Origin: an uncultured bacterium
GTDB taxonomy: Bacteria; Caldisericota; JANLFM01
NCBI GenBank assembly: GCA_964614945.1
Contig: CAZTNW010000001.1
Coordinates: forward strand, 30,573-94,572
Direction of reading: 5' to 3'
Length of the DNA stretch: 64,000 bases
Shown here: positions 32,172 to 42,794 of the stretch, piece by piece
How the letters are laid out: each line of letters begins with the position of its first letter
Numbering within the stretch: the stretch's first letter is position 1
The notes under the pieces: model-generated
What the model saw: only the letters and a program-made list of their open reading frames with translations
Database searches by the model: none
What the model was told of the DNA's origin: nothing
Translations under genes and position numbers: made by a program

Positions 32172-32924
32172 TCAGGAAGCGGAAATCCGCTGGAGCTCGT
32201 CGTCGGGAATATCAAAGTTGGCATAGAGGTGCACGACGTCCTCATGTTCTTCTAAGGCCTCGACTAAAGAAATCATGCGACCGGCTTCCTCTCCACTCAA
32301 TGATACGAAAGTGTTTGGCACCATTGTTAAATCGGCAGTGACAATCCTTGCATTCATCTCTTGCAAGCTCTGCTTTACTTTGAGCAAGCTTTCCGGCGGG
32401 CAGATGATCTCGAGGTAATCCTTTTCTTCCTTGAAATCTTCTGCTCCCGCATCGATGGCGGCCAACATCATATCATCGTCCCACTTGCCCCCTTTGTCTA
32501 TCTGAATGACCCCCTTCATCTGGAAGAGCCAATTCACGCATCCGGCTTCACCCATGTTCCCCCCGTACTTTGAGAAAAGATGCCGAATAGATGCCGAAGT
32601 ACGATTTCGATTATCTGTCGATGCTTCTACCAGAATTGCTACTCCACCAGGTCCGTAGCCCTCGTAAGTGATTTGCTCGAAAGTTTGCCCGGGTAAATCC
32701 CCCGCCCCCTTCTGTATCGCCCGCTTCACTGTATCTGAGGGAACGTTATTCTCCCTGGCTTTCTCTAAAGCAACGCGCAGGCGGACATTACTATCCGGGT
32801 TTGCACCGCCCTGACGGGTAGCTGCTGTGATTTCCCGGGTGATTTTCGTGAAGGTCTTCCCCCGCTCTGCATCAGCGGCGCTTTTTTTTGCTTTTATGTT
32901 ATGCCATTTGGAATGGCCGGACAT
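32172..32924 (-). CDS. yebC: YebC/PmpR family DNA-binding transcriptional regulator
   Basis: The product starts MSGHSKWHNIKAKKSAADAERGK. Confidence 0.85.
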   Translation of the reverse strand: MSGHSKWHNIKAKKSAADAERGKTFTKITREITAATRQGGANPDSNVRLRVALEKARENNVPSDTVKRAIQKGAGDLPGQTFEQITYEGYGPGGVAILVEASTDNRNRTSASIRHLFSKYGGNMGEAGCVNWLFQMKGVIQIDKGGKWDDDMMLAAIDAGAEDFKEEKDYLEIICPPESLLKVKQSLQEMNARIVTADLTMVPNTFVSLSGEEAGRMISLVEALEEHEDVVHLYANFDIPDDELQRISAS

Positions 32925-33006
32925 CCTTCACCTCCAGGAGGTATTCTTTTAAAATTGTATAGCTGGCTGCCCACAAGGGCAAGTTAGACCAAGGAGGCTG
33001 TCCTTA

Positions 33007-34086
33007 ATGAATTGCTCGCGAGAGAGACGACTCAAAAAATTGCGGCAAAAGATGAAAGATTTGAGGCTCGATGCCCTTTTAGTGTCCAAAAGAGAAAACC
33101 TTTACTACCTTTCGGGCTTTGCAGGGGATAGCGGGTACTTGGCCATTACCCCTGAAAGAAAATGGATTCTGGTGGATTCGCGCTTCACAGAGCAGGCCAA
33201 ATTAGAGTCAACTGATTGGGAGCTTCTGCAGTTTACGCAATTCCCGGCTTCAGTTAGCGAGCTCTGGAAGAAACTCAAGGTAAGATATGTAGGGTTTGAG
33301 AGCCACAGTATGAGTTGCGAGGACTTTCGGAGGCTGGAAAGGGAAAGCTCGTTCTGGACCTACATCGCCTGCCCTTTGCTCGTGGAGTGGTTGAGAGCGA
33401 AGAAGGAGCCAGTGGAGCTTGAGCGAATTCGCCATTCCATTGGGGTTGCAGAAAACGCTTTGCACGAACTTCTGAAAAAAGGTCTCTCAGGGCGGAGGGA
33501 AGTGGAGTTATCATTCGCCCTGGAGTACAATATGCGCCTGCAAGGGGCAGACAAGTCAGCTTTCGACCTGATTGTGGCTTCCGGAGTTCGAAGCGCTCTG
33601 CCCCATGGCGTGGCTACAACTAAAGAGGTCGAAAATGGAGAGATCGTGCTCTTTGATTGGGGGGCGCAAGATAGCGGTTACATTTCAGATCTCACCCGAT
33701 GTTTTTTTACCGCTAAGCCCACTCCAAGGCAGAAAGCTGTCTATCAAGCAGTCTGGGGAGTGCAGGAGGAAGTAATTTCCTCCCTCGGAGCAGGAAGAGA
33801 AGCAAGGGAGATCTATCAAAGGGCGGTTGACCTGATGGAGAAGACCAAATTTCGAGATCATGCCTTTCAACATGGTCTTGGCCATGGTATAGGTCTGGAG
33901 GTGCACGAGCAGCCTCTCTTAAACCTTCGCACCTCGCACTCACTCGAAGAAGGAGAAGTGATCACGATCGAACCGGGAATATACATCCCCGGTTGGGGTG
34001 GGGTGCGCCTTGAAGATGTTGTCTTAATCAAGAAGAGTGGATGCGAAGTCCTGTCCACCTTTTCTAAAGAGATAATGATCGTATGA
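33007..34086 (+). CDS. pepP: Xaa-Pro aminopeptidase (M24B family)
   Basis: It has the creatinase-like N-domain and the M24 metal ligands ([15 protein letters not shown]). Confidence 0.8.
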   Translation: MNCSRERRLKKLRQKMKDLRLDALLVSKRENLYYLSGFAGDSGYLAITPERKWILVDSRFTEQAKLESTDWELLQFTQFPASVSELWKKLKVRYVGFESHSMSCEDFRRLERESSFWTYIACPLLVEWLRAKKEPVELERIRHSIGVAENALHELLKKGLSGRREVELSFALEYNMRLQGADKSAFDLIVASGVRSALPHGVATTKEVENGEIVLFDWGAQDSGYISDLTRCFFTAKPTPRQKAVYQAVWGVQEEVISSLGAGREAREIYQRAVDLMEKTKFRDHAFQHGLGHGIGLEVHEQPLLNLRTSHSLEEGEVITIEPGIYIPGWGGVRLEDVVLIKKSGCEVLSTFSKEIMIV

Positions 34087-34099
34087 GGAGGATCAGCGG

Positions 34100-34666
34100 A
34101 TGATTTCCAGCAACGATTTACGGCCCGGTGTAACTTTCGAGTTGGATGGGCAGATTTGGGTGGTGGTGCAATTTCAGCATGTGAAGCCGGGAAAAGGTGC
34201 CGCATTTGTGCGCACAAAGATCAAGAATGTAGAAACGGGCAATGTGATAGAGAGGACTTTTCGCGCTGGGGAACGCCTGAATCGCGCTTACCTGGACAGA
34301 AAGCAAATGCAGTTCCTTTACTCGGTGAAGGATGAGTATTATTTTATGGACATGGAGACATTTGAGCAGGTAGTATTAGGAAAAGCAGAGTTGGAGGAGG
34401 CATCGTCCTACCTTAAGGAGAATATGATCCTCAATGTCCTCTATTTCAAAGGAAAACATATCGGAGTGGAACTTCCTGTCTTCGTTGAGCTTGCCGTGGC
34501 GGAAACCGAGCCTGCTTTCCGCGGGGATACCGCTGCTGGAAATACCAAACCTGCCAGGATGGAAACCGGGGCGGTCGTGCAAGTCCCATTTTTCGTGGAA
34601 GTAGGGGACAGGATCAAGATCGATACCCGTACCGGCGAGTACATCGAGAGGGTGGGGAAACTATGA
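34100..34666 (+). CDS. efp: elongation factor P
   Basis: The N-terminus reads [22 protein letters not shown] and the KPGKG loop is present. Confidence 0.9.
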   Translation: MISSNDLRPGVTFELDGQIWVVVQFQHVKPGKGAAFVRTKIKNVETGNVIERTFRAGERLNRAYLDRKQMQFLYSVKDEYYFMDMETFEQVVLGKAELEEASSYLKENMILNVLYFKGKHIGVELPVFVELAVAETEPAFRGDTAAGNTKPARMETGAVVQVPFFVEVGDRIKIDTRTGEYIERVGKL

Positions 34667-34989
34667 AGATAAGAGTTTCCCCCGATGTGATTCGCTTGAT
34701 CGCTATCAAGGCCGCTCTTGATGTGGAAGGAGTGACTCGTTCCGCTCCTCGTTTTCCCCTGGGGCGTGATCAAAAAAGAGGAGTGAGCTTGCGTGTGCAT
34801 GATTCCAATATGGAATTGGAGATGCACCTCGCCTTTCGCTATGGAGTGGACCTTTTGGAAACCGCTCGCGCCGTGCAGGAGACGGTGAAAAGAGCTGTGG
34901 AGAATCAGGTGGGAGTGGAGGTCAGTTCCATAGATATAGTCGTTGAAGATGTAGATTTTCTCAAATCGAATGCGGCGGCAAAAAATTAG
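34663..34989 (+). CDS. Asp23/Gls24 family protein (YqhY-like)
   Basis: It shows the Asp23 pattern ([12 protein letters not shown]) and lies between efp and nusB, as in Bacillus. Confidence 0.65.
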   Translation: MKIRVSPDVIRLIAIKAALDVEGVTRSAPRFPLGRDQKRGVSLRVHDSNMELEMHLAFRYGVDLLETARAVQETVKRAVENQVGVEVSSIDIVVEDVDFLKSNAAAKN

Positions 34990-35389
34990 GGAAACCGCTT
35001 TTTTGCTTCTTTACCGTACAGATATGGGGGGAATTTCCCTCAATGAAGCGATGGAGTGCGTTGAAAAAAAACCAGATCCAGATATTTGGGAAAGAGCTTG
35101 CGCTTTGGCAAAGGCCGTGAAGGGAAAAGAAGCTGATGTCGACCAGAAGATCCGTCAATTCTCCCTGACATGGGATCTTGAGCGCATTGTCTCCACAGAT
35201 CGCAGCGTACTGCGGCTTGCCGTCTTCGAGCTGCTTTACGAAAGGAATGTTCCCGTTCCTGTGATCGTAGATCAGGCTTTAAAACTGGCACACAAATACG
35301 GGACGGACGATTCCAGCCGTTTTGTGAACGGAATCCTTGGCGCAATTGCGAGAGAAATTGAATCGAAAAAGTGTTCGGTTCATCATTAA
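34970..35389 (+). CDS. nusB: transcription antitermination factor NusB
   Basis: The product [15 protein letters not shown]... is the NusB fold, at 139 aa. Confidence 0.85.
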   Translation: MRRQKIRETAFLLLYRTDMGGISLNEAMECVEKKPDPDIWERACALAKAVKGKEADVDQKIRQFSLTWDLERIVSTDRSVLRLAVFELLYERNVPVPVIVDQALKLAHKYGTDDSSRFVNGILGAIAREIESKKCSVHH

Positions 35390-35639
35390 GGGATTTGTGC
35401 AGGGGGTTGGCTTTCGCTACTGGGTATATCGCCAGGCCGAAATTCTCGATCTCACTGGATTCGTGCGCAACAGGAAAGATGGGAGTGTGGAGGTCCTGGC
35501 TCAGGGTTCCGCTGGGCAGGTGCAGGAAATGCTCCATCTCTTGAGGCACGGCCCTCCCATGGCAGAAGTAAGCTCGGTAGAGGTCGAGGAAAATTTGGGA
35601 GAAATCCCCGCCCATTCCTTTCGAATTCGCTATGATTGA
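35337..35639 (+). CDS. acyP: acylphosphatase
   Basis: It has the motifs VRFIIKGFVQGVGFRYWV and GFVRNRKDGSVEV. Confidence 0.75.
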   Translation: MAQLREKLNRKSVRFIIKGFVQGVGFRYWVYRQAEILDLTGFVRNRKDGSVEVLAQGSAGQVQEMLHLLRHGPPMAEVSSVEVEENLGEIPAHSFRIRYD

Positions 35640-36462
35640 GCGCGACCTTTTGAAGAAGAAGAGCTGGATAGATGAAGCTCTGGAAGATTTGCTTAAGGCT
35701 GAGAACCTTGCTCCTTCCAGCCTTGAGATCCTGTCTTATGTGTTGTTGGGAGAAGGTAAGCGCTTACGGCCGGCGTTCGTCCTGTGGGCAGTCGAGTCCT
35801 TTGCAGGCGACCCCAGTTGGGCTTTAAAGGGAGCCTGCGGGATGGAATGCCTTCATGCCTTTTCTCTCGTTCATGACGACCTTCCCGGATTGGACGATTC
35901 CCCCGTGCGGCGCGGACGTCCATCCTGTCATCGAGCCTTCAGTTTAGGGCAGGCGATTTTGGCGGGAGATGCCCTGTTTGCTTTGGGATTCGAGTGGATT
36001 GCCGAAAACCTGCTGCAAGAGAGGATAGCGGAATGCGGAGGTATATTGAAAGAAGTCGCTCAGGCCTGCGGGCCCGCCGGAATGATCGGCGGCCAATTCG
36101 AGGACATCTCACTGTGCCAGCGCAACCTTGAGGAGTGGTTGAGCCTCTACGAGAAGAAAACCGCCAGGCTTTTCCAGCTTTCATTATCTTTAGGAGCCTC
36201 AATCGTCCGAGCTGAAGCCAGGCAGATCGAGATATTAAGGAAATTCGGCCTCCATTTTGGTTTAGCTTTTCAATTGCTGGATGACCTTGCCGATGAGGGC
36301 TCAACCGAGGGACCATCCCTGATTCGATCCCTGGGAAGGGCTGAGGGAAGACAACTCTTCCGCGGCTTCCTGCTCAAGGCCAGAGAAGCATTAGGGGGTT
36401 TTAGAGGGGACCCCGCCGCCTTTCTCTCCTTAGTCAACTATCTGGAGGCGAGAGTTGGTTAA
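35632..36462 (+). CDS. ispA: polyprenyl diphosphate synthase (farnesyl/geranylgeranyl-PP synthase)
   Basis: It has the first Asp-rich motif LVHDDLPGLDD and the second QLLDDLAD. Confidence 0.8.
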   Translation: MIERDLLKKKSWIDEALEDLLKAENLAPSSLEILSYVLLGEGKRLRPAFVLWAVESFAGDPSWALKGACGMECLHAFSLVHDDLPGLDDSPVRRGRPSCHRAFSLGQAILAGDALFALGFEWIAENLLQERIAECGGILKEVAQACGPAGMIGGQFEDISLCQRNLEEWLSLYEKKTARLFQLSLSLGASIVRAEARQIEILRKFGLHFGLAFQLLDDLADEGSTEGPSLIRSLGRAEGRQLFRGFLLKAREALGGFRGDPAAFLSLVNYLEARVG

Positions 36463-38359
36463 AGATAATTCCCTCCTTCAGCGGATCAGCTCTCCCTGCG
36501 ACCTGAAGAAGCTTGACATCCCACAGCTCAAGGCGTTAGCCAAAGAGGTGCGAGAGAAAATTATCCGCCAGGTTGCTTTCGGCGGAGGCCACCTGTCTTC
36601 AAATTTAGGCACTATCGAGTTGACCCTGGCCCTCCACTATGTTTTTGACGCCCCTGAGGACCTGATTCTGTGGGATGTAGGCCATCAAACCTATACACAC
36701 AAATTGATTACGGGCAGAGAAGATCAATTTAGTTCGCTGCGACAGGACAACGGACTTTCAGGCTTTCCTTCGCGCGAGGAATCGGTTTTTGATGTCGCCA
36801 ATGTCGGCCACGCTTCCACATCATTGTCTCAAGCTCTGGGATTGCGTGCAGCACGGGATATCAGAGGAGGAAATCATAAAATAATTGCCGTCATGGGGGA
36901 CGGGGCACTTACCGGCGGGCTCGCCCTGGAGGCCCTCAACAATGCAGGACAGCTGCAGAAGGATTTAATCCTGATCCTCAATGATAACGAGCATTCTATC
37001 TCGCGCAATGTAGGAGCAATGGCCAGAAACCTGGCAAAACTACGCTCTTCCAGGCGTTACCGGGGAGCTAAACGGCTAGCCAAGAGTTTCCTGCATCGTT
37101 TCCCGCTCTTCGGACGGTGGATTATTCATCTCTTCGATAGGTTTAAGTTTGTCCTCAAGGCAATGGTCCTCCCTAGCATGCTGTTTGAAAGCTTCGGATT
37201 CTCTTACTTAGGTCCGATCGACGGACATAATCTGAAAGCTCTGATTGAGGTTATGAACCAGGCTAGAAATTTTGAGACTCCGGTGTTCCTCCATGTTATT
37301 ACCCGCAAGGGGATGGGGTATCCTCCCGCTGAGCGAAATCCGGTTAAATACCATTCCGCAAGCCCTTTCGATATCAAAAACGGCGAAGCGTTGAAGCCCG
37401 AATCGCCGACCTTTACAGACGTCACGCGCAGCACATTAGCCGATCTGGGGGGAAAGAGACCAGATTTGGTTTGCATCACAGCGGCCATGGCAGACGGAAC
37501 AGGACTCAACGAGTTCGCTCGTCTTTACCCCACTAGGTTTTTCGATGTGGGTATTGCCGAGGAACACGCGCTCAGCTTTGCCTCCGGTCTTTCCCTCGCA
37601 GGCATGAAACCGGTTGTAGCCATTTATTCAACATTTTTTCAAAGATCTTTCGATCAAATGCTTGAGGATATTTGCCTGCAGAACTTGCCGGTCCTTGTCC
37701 TTCTAGATCGAGCTGGCCTAGTGCCCGGAGACGGACCAACACATCAGGGAATTTATGATTTGAGCTTTTTGCGCATAATGCCGAATCTATCGATTATGGC
37801 TCCCTCTTGCGGCCAAGATCTCAGGAACATGATTTATACGGCCCTGGAGCAGGATGGCCCTGTGGCCATAAGATATCCAAAAGGTGAAATCCCGGAGGGG
37901 CACTCGCCTTCCGGCCCTTACAGTAAAATCGCTTGGGGCCGAGGCCAGCTGGTCAGGGAAGGAACAGATATGGCCTTTCTGGCTTTGGGGTCAATGGTGG
38001 AAGTTGCCAGGGAAGCTTCTTCTATTCTTAAGATGGCTGGAGTTGATGCCGCAATTTACGATCTGCGTTTTTTAAAACCGCTCGATCAAGAGCTGGTCTT
38101 CGCAGCCCACCGTCGCTTTCCCCACCTGGTGATCATGGAGGAGAATGTAGAATGGGGAGGATTGGGTTCCGCTATCTTGGAACTACTCAATATAAAAAGG
38201 CTATCCACCCAGAAGATCCAGTGCATTGGGATTGCTTCGACGCCAGGAGTGGGAAGCCGCTCTTTCCTTCTCAAGCGAGCGGGCTTAGCCGCCGATAGTG
38301 TAGTAGATCAGCTCTCAGGGATTTTAAAAAACCGGGAAGGAATAAAGGGACATGTTTAG
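36455..38359 (+). CDS. dxs: 1-deoxy-D-xylulose-5-phosphate synthase
   Basis: At 634 aa it has the TPP-binding GDG motif, the transketolase-like domains, and ispA-dxs synteny. Confidence 0.9.
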   Translation: MVKDNSLLQRISSPCDLKKLDIPQLKALAKEVREKIIRQVAFGGGHLSSNLGTIELTLALHYVFDAPEDLILWDVGHQTYTHKLITGREDQFSSLRQDNGLSGFPSREESVFDVANVGHASTSLSQALGLRAARDIRGGNHKIIAVMGDGALTGGLALEALNNAGQLQKDLILILNDNEHSISRNVGAMARNLAKLRSSRRYRGAKRLAKSFLHRFPLFGRWIIHLFDRFKFVLKAMVLPSMLFESFGFSYLGPIDGHNLKALIEVMNQARNFETPVFLHVITRKGMGYPPAERNPVKYHSASPFDIKNGEALKPESPTFTDVTRSTLADLGGKRPDLVCITAAMADGTGLNEFARLYPTRFFDVGIAEEHALSFASGLSLAGMKPVVAIYSTFFQRSFDQMLEDICLQNLPVLVLLDRAGLVPGDGPTHQGIYDLSFLRIMPNLSIMAPSCGQDLRNMIYTALEQDGPVAIRYPKGEIPEGHSPSGPYSKIAWGRGQLVREGTDMAFLALGSMVEVAREASSILKMAGVDAAIYDLRFLKPLDQELVFAAHRRFPHLVIMEENVEWGGLGSAILELLNIKRLSTQKIQCIGIASTPGVGSRSFLLKRAGLAADSVVDQLSGILKNREGIKGHV

Positions 38360-39179
38360 GGCAGTGGGCTTATTTCCTAACAATCGAAATTCGAAGGCTA
38401 TGGCCCTGGCCTTGGAACTTGGCCGGGTTTTTCAGAAAAAGGGCACCGAGCCCCTATTGCCTGAGGGAATTCCACAGAAAACTATTCCTGCCTGGAGGAC
38501 TTTTCCGGCCGTACGGCCGGATCTTGTCCTCAGCTTGGGCGGAGACGGCACTCTATTGCGCTGCGTGCACGAGGTTTTAGACCTCTGCCCAATTCTTGGC
38601 GTGAACCTCGGCAATCTCGGATTTCTTACAGCGTCCGATCAATCAAGAATTCTCGGGGACCTGGAGAACCTGCTTGAGGGAAAGTTCCGAATTGAAAGGA
38701 GACCCATTCTTTCAATTCAGGTCAACGGCTGCACTTATTTCGCCCTGAATGAGTGCGCGGTTGCCCAGAGGAGGGTAGGGCGGATGTTCGGGCTGCGCTT
38801 AACCATTAACGGAACGGAGCTGGGAGAACTGAGAGGGGATGGGGTTTTGGTGTCCACCTCAACCGGCTCCACTGCCTACGCTCTTGCTTGTGGTGGCCCG
38901 ATAGTGATACCGGAGATGAAGATAATGCTACTGTGTGCGATCTCGCCGCATAGCTTTTCTTCTCGCCCGTTGGTCCTCGCCGGGGAGGATCAAGTAGAAA
39001 TCCAGCTTCTTCAAGATCAAGAGGGGCTGTGTGTAATTGATGGGCAGGAAATGGTTTCCATCTCGTCAGCGGAAAGCATCTACCTGACTCTTTCGCCAAA
39101 AAATGCGGAACTTGTCTTTTTTGAAAGCGATTTCTTTGTAAAATTGATCCAGAAAAAATTTTCATGGGGCAATTATTGA
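38352..39179 (+). CDS. nadK: NAD kinase
   Basis: It has the GGDGTLL motif and the NADK fold. Confidence 0.85.
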   Translation: MFRAVGLFPNNRNSKAMALALELGRVFQKKGTEPLLPEGIPQKTIPAWRTFPAVRPDLVLSLGGDGTLLRCVHEVLDLCPILGVNLGNLGFLTASDQSRILGDLENLLEGKFRIERRPILSIQVNGCTYFALNECAVAQRRVGRMFGLRLTINGTELGELRGDGVLVSTSTGSTAYALACGGPIVIPEMKIMLLCAISPHSFSSRPLVLAGEDQVEIQLLQDQEGLCVIDGQEMVSISSAESIYLTLSPKNAELVFFESDFFVKLIQKKFSWGNY

Positions 39180-40834
39180 TTGAGACCATCGCCATCCACA
39201 ATCTGGCGATCGTAAAGAATCTGACCTTTGATTTGAGCAGAGGTCTCAACGTATTTACCGGTGAAACAGGGACGGGAAAGTCCCTGGTGGTGGATGCGAT
39301 ATCCTTCCTTCTGGGCGGAAGAAGCCAGGGCGAGTGGATAGGGTCAGGCGGAGAAGAGTTGAAGGTGGAGGCAAGCTTGAGCCTGGAAGATTCCCCACAG
39401 AGGGACGAGCTCAAGGAGGTAGGATTCGAGGAGCCCTTCCTTTATATTTCCCGCACTTTAAATCGAGAGGGACGAAGCAGGGCCAGGATCAATGGCAAAG
39501 GTGTGCCTGTAAGCTTTCTGCGAGACACTCTTGCTGGCCTTGTTCACCTTCATGGGCAGCAGGAGCATGAAGCACTGGCTTCCCCTCAATACCAACTGGA
39601 CGCCCTGGATCAATTTGCCGGAGTAGAAGCGCTCGAGCTTCGGATAAAAGCAGAGGGATTTTTGAGTGAAGGGAGGAGGTTGGAAAGAGAAAGGGTCCTG
39701 GCCGAAGAGCAACAGAGGGAGCGGGAAAGACAGCTCGACTTTCTGCGCTACGAGATTATGGAGATCGAGAATGCTCATTTTGCGGGAGAAAGGGAGGAAG
39801 AGGAGCTGCAGAAGAAGAGGGAATTCCTCCGCACACAACTGAAAGTGCAGCAGCATCTACAGCGGATCTCCGATCTACTCGAAGAAGGGCTGCCCAGGAT
39901 GGAAAAAGAAGCGAAGGGATTAGCCGAATTCTCTTTGCTGCATGAAAAATTGGCTGAACTCAGCTCGCGGCTGGCAAACGTAGGAGTGGAATTGAAGGAT
40001 CTGCAGTGGGAATTGAGATCATTTCTCCCTACACTGGAGGCTGAGCCAAACCAGTTGGATTCGATTGAAGAGAGACTCGATTCTATTTCACGTCTGAAAA
40101 GAAAATATGGCTCAACGATTCCTCTGATTCTCTCTTACTTGAGCACTGCTAAGGAAAAACTGGAGTTTCTCGGTCGCATTGAGCATGAGCTATCCGACCT
40201 TGAGGATCAACTGGCAAAAAATTGTGAGCAGTTAACTGGCTCGCTCTCAAGGCTGAGGGTTTTGAGGAGAAAAAAGGCCGGGGAACTCGAGGCTAAAGTA
40301 GTCAGAGGCTTGCAGGAGCTGGGCATCGCCCAGCCGTCATTTTCCATCCTTTACCATGAACTTCCCCAGGATAGTCTGCGCTCTTATGGACTCGACCGGG
40401 TAGAGTATCTTTTTTCCACTAACCCTGGCGAGGAATTGAAACCAATCGGAAAGGTAGCTTCAGGCGGAGAGCTCTCGCGCTTTATGTTGGTCTTAAAGAC
40501 CGCCCTGGCCTCGATTGTCAAAGCCTCCACAGTGGTCTTCGATGAGGTGGATGCCGGGATTGGCGGGATAGTGGGGGAGAGTCTCGCCCGGAAGCTAAGG
40601 CAGCTTTCCTGTTCTCATCAGGTCCTTTGTATAACTCATTTGCCGCAGATTGCAGCGCAGGCAGGTGCGCACTTCGTCGTTGAGAAGAAAACCGTCCGGG
40701 ACCGCACTTCCGTGAAATTGAGACGTGTTTCCGGGCAAGAGCGGGTCCTGGAAATGGCTCGCATGTTGGCTGGGAAAAAGGTTACTTCGGCTGTATTGGC
40801 GCATGCTCGAGAATTAGCGGAAGGGGGGAAATGA
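39164..40834 (+). CDS. recN: DNA repair protein RecN
   Basis: It is an SMC-like protein with an N-terminal Walker A GETGTGKS and long coiled coils, at 556 aa. Confidence 0.9.
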   Translation: MGQLLIETIAIHNLAIVKNLTFDLSRGLNVFTGETGTGKSLVVDAISFLLGGRSQGEWIGSGGEELKVEASLSLEDSPQRDELKEVGFEEPFLYISRTLNREGRSRARINGKGVPVSFLRDTLAGLVHLHGQQEHEALASPQYQLDALDQFAGVEALELRIKAEGFLSEGRRLERERVLAEEQQRERERQLDFLRYEIMEIENAHFAGEREEEELQKKREFLRTQLKVQQHLQRISDLLEEGLPRMEKEAKGLAEFSLLHEKLAELSSRLANVGVELKDLQWELRSFLPTLEAEPNQLDSIEERLDSISRLKRKYGSTIPLILSYLSTAKEKLEFLGRIEHELSDLEDQLAKNCEQLTGSLSRLRVLRRKKAGELEAKVVRGLQELGIAQPSFSILYHELPQDSLRSYGLDRVEYLFSTNPGEELKPIGKVASGGELSRFMLVLKTALASIVKASTVVFDEVDAGIGGIVGESLARKLRQLSCSHQVLCITHLPQIAAQAGAHFVVEKKTVRDRTSVKLRRVSGQERVLEMARMLAGKKVTSAVLAHARELAEGGK

Positions 40835-41883
40835 GAAAATTTCTTATTCTTGTAATCAACCCTGGTTCGACTTCAACTAAAGTTTCCCTTTTTCTGAATG
40901 ATCAGGCCTGGAATGAGTCCACGATTCATCATAAAGAAAGCAAATTGGAGATTCTCGAGAATCTGCCGGAAAGACTCAGGGACATACACAGCTGGCTTTC
41001 CCAAGGACTTAAGCCCCAGCTCGATGGGGTTGTAGCGCGGGGAGGATTGTTGAAGCCTATTTCCTCGGGCACCTACCGGGTAAACGAGGTGATGCTAAAT
41101 GACCTTCGTTTCCGCCCGCAAGCGCAGCACGCCTCTAACCTCGGCGCTTTCATTGCTAAGGAATTAGGGGAAGAGTTCCAGGTGCCGGCATTGATCGTAG
41201 ACCCTGTGTCGGTGGACGAATTTGAGCCACTTGCCCGTTATTCGGGATTGCCCGAACTTCCCCGCAGGGCCCTTTCACATGCCTTAAACATTAAGGCCGT
41301 GGGGAGGAAGGTGGCGCAGGAACTGGGCAAGTCCCTGAGTGAGTGCAATTTTGTCGTCGGGCATTTAGGGGGCGGAATTTCTGTTGTACCGCTTAGAGGC
41401 GGACGTATAATCGATGCGAATGATGCCAATCAGGGAGGGCCGTTCTCCCCGGAAAGAGCGGGTGCTCTTCCCGTCGTCGATTTAGTCCATCTTGCTTATT
41501 CTGGCAAATATTCGGAGAAAGAACTGGTCACGCGTATGGTCAAACGGGGCGGGCTGACCGCTTATCTCGGCACGAACGATGCTAAAGAGGTAGAAGCTCG
41601 AATTCGAGCGGGAGATCGAGAGGCGCAAGAAGTTTATGAGGCGATGGCCTATCAGGTCGCTAAAGAAATCGGAGCTATGGCTACAGTGCTCAAAGGAGAG
41701 TTGGATCGGATTATCCTTACCGGAGGTTTGGCCTTTTCCTCGCTGCTCGTCCCTCTGATTGAGGAGCGAGTTGCCTTTATAGCACCCCTGCAGATCATAC
41801 CGGGAGAGGGAGAGATGGAAGCCTTGGCTTTAGGAGCCCTGAGAGTTCTAACCGGAGAGGAGGAGGCCCAAGAATATGTATAG
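40831..41883 (+). CDS. buk: butyrate (short or branched-chain acyl) kinase
   Basis: It belongs to the ASKHA family with the N-terminus LVINPGSTSTKVSLF, at about 350 aa, and is adjacent to ptb. Confidence 0.8.
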   Translation: MRKFLILVINPGSTSTKVSLFLNDQAWNESTIHHKESKLEILENLPERLRDIHSWLSQGLKPQLDGVVARGGLLKPISSGTYRVNEVMLNDLRFRPQAQHASNLGAFIAKELGEEFQVPALIVDPVSVDEFEPLARYSGLPELPRRALSHALNIKAVGRKVAQELGKSLSECNFVVGHLGGGISVVPLRGGRIIDANDANQGGPFSPERAGALPVVDLVHLAYSGKYSEKELVTRMVKRGGLTAYLGTNDAKEVEARIRAGDREAQEVYEAMAYQVAKEIGAMATVLKGELDRIILTGGLAFSSLLVPLIEERVAFIAPLQIIPGEGEMEALALGALRVLTGEEEAQEYV

Positions 41884-42793
41884 CAAGTTGCAAGAAATCG
41901 CGCAAAGAGCGGCAGGAATCCCGCTGATGACCGCTGCCGTTCCCTGCCCGGAAGAAGCAGATACACTTCTGGGAATTGATCAAGCATTCAAATCCGGTTT
42001 GATTCAGCCCCATTTGTTCGGTGACGAATCGGCAGTAAAGAAATTAGCGAGGGAATCGGGAATTGTCTTAGACGAATACGAACTGCATCATTGCCTTAAC
42101 CAGGAAGAAAGCGCTCTTTCCGCTGTTCAGTTCTGTCGAGAGGGGAAGGGAGAGATACTGATTAAAGGTTTTTTGCCGACGCCGATCTTCCTGAAGGCTG
42201 TTCTGCACAAGGAAAGGGGCATTGGCACGGGATCTCTTCTCTCGCATATAGCTGTTTTTGAGGTTCCGACAATTCCTCGCCTGCTGTTTTTAACCGACGG
42301 GGGAATGGTAGTTGCGCCGACCCTGGCGCAAAAAATAGAGATACTGCAGAACGCCCTGGGGGTTTGTCATGCTCTGGGCATCAGGGAGCCGAAAGTCGCC
42401 ATTCTGGCCTCGGTTGAAACGGTCAGCCCTGAAATTCCCGCCACTTGTGACGCTGCAGTTATTACCGCCATGTGGCGGCGCAGGCAAATTAAGGGATGCA
42501 TCCTGGATGGTCCCCTGGCCCTGGATAATGCTTTATCCCCACAGGCTCTCAAGGAGAAGGGGATCGAGAGTCCAGTGGGAGGAAATGCAGACATTCTCCT
42601 CGTTCCGAATATTGAATCAGGTAATTTGCTGGGAAAATCGTTCATTCATGTGGCCGGAGGGGTGATGGCCGGAGTTGTGCAAGGAGCACGGGTCCCAATA
42701 GTCCTGGTCTCTCGGGTGGATCCGCCTGATTCGAAGCTTTTCTCCGTAGCCATCGCCGCCATGATTAGCTGGCAGGCCAAAGAGAGGGTCTGA
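41876..42793 (+). CDS. ptb: phosphate butyryltransferase / phosphotransacylase
   Basis: It is a PTA/PTB-family protein of 305 aa, adjacent to the acyl kinase. Confidence 0.8.
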   Translation: MYSKLQEIAQRAAGIPLMTAAVPCPEEADTLLGIDQAFKSGLIQPHLFGDESAVKKLARESGIVLDEYELHHCLNQEESALSAVQFCREGKGEILIKGFLPTPIFLKAVLHKERGIGTGSLLSHIAVFEVPTIPRLLFLTDGGMVVAPTLAQKIEILQNALGVCHALGIREPKVAILASVETVSPEIPATCDAAVITAMWRRRQIKGCILDGPLALDNALSPQALKEKGIESPVGGNADILLVPNIESGNLLGKSFIHVAGGVMAGVVQGARVPIVLVSRVDPPDSKLFSVAIAAMISWQAKERV

Positions 42794-42794
42794 G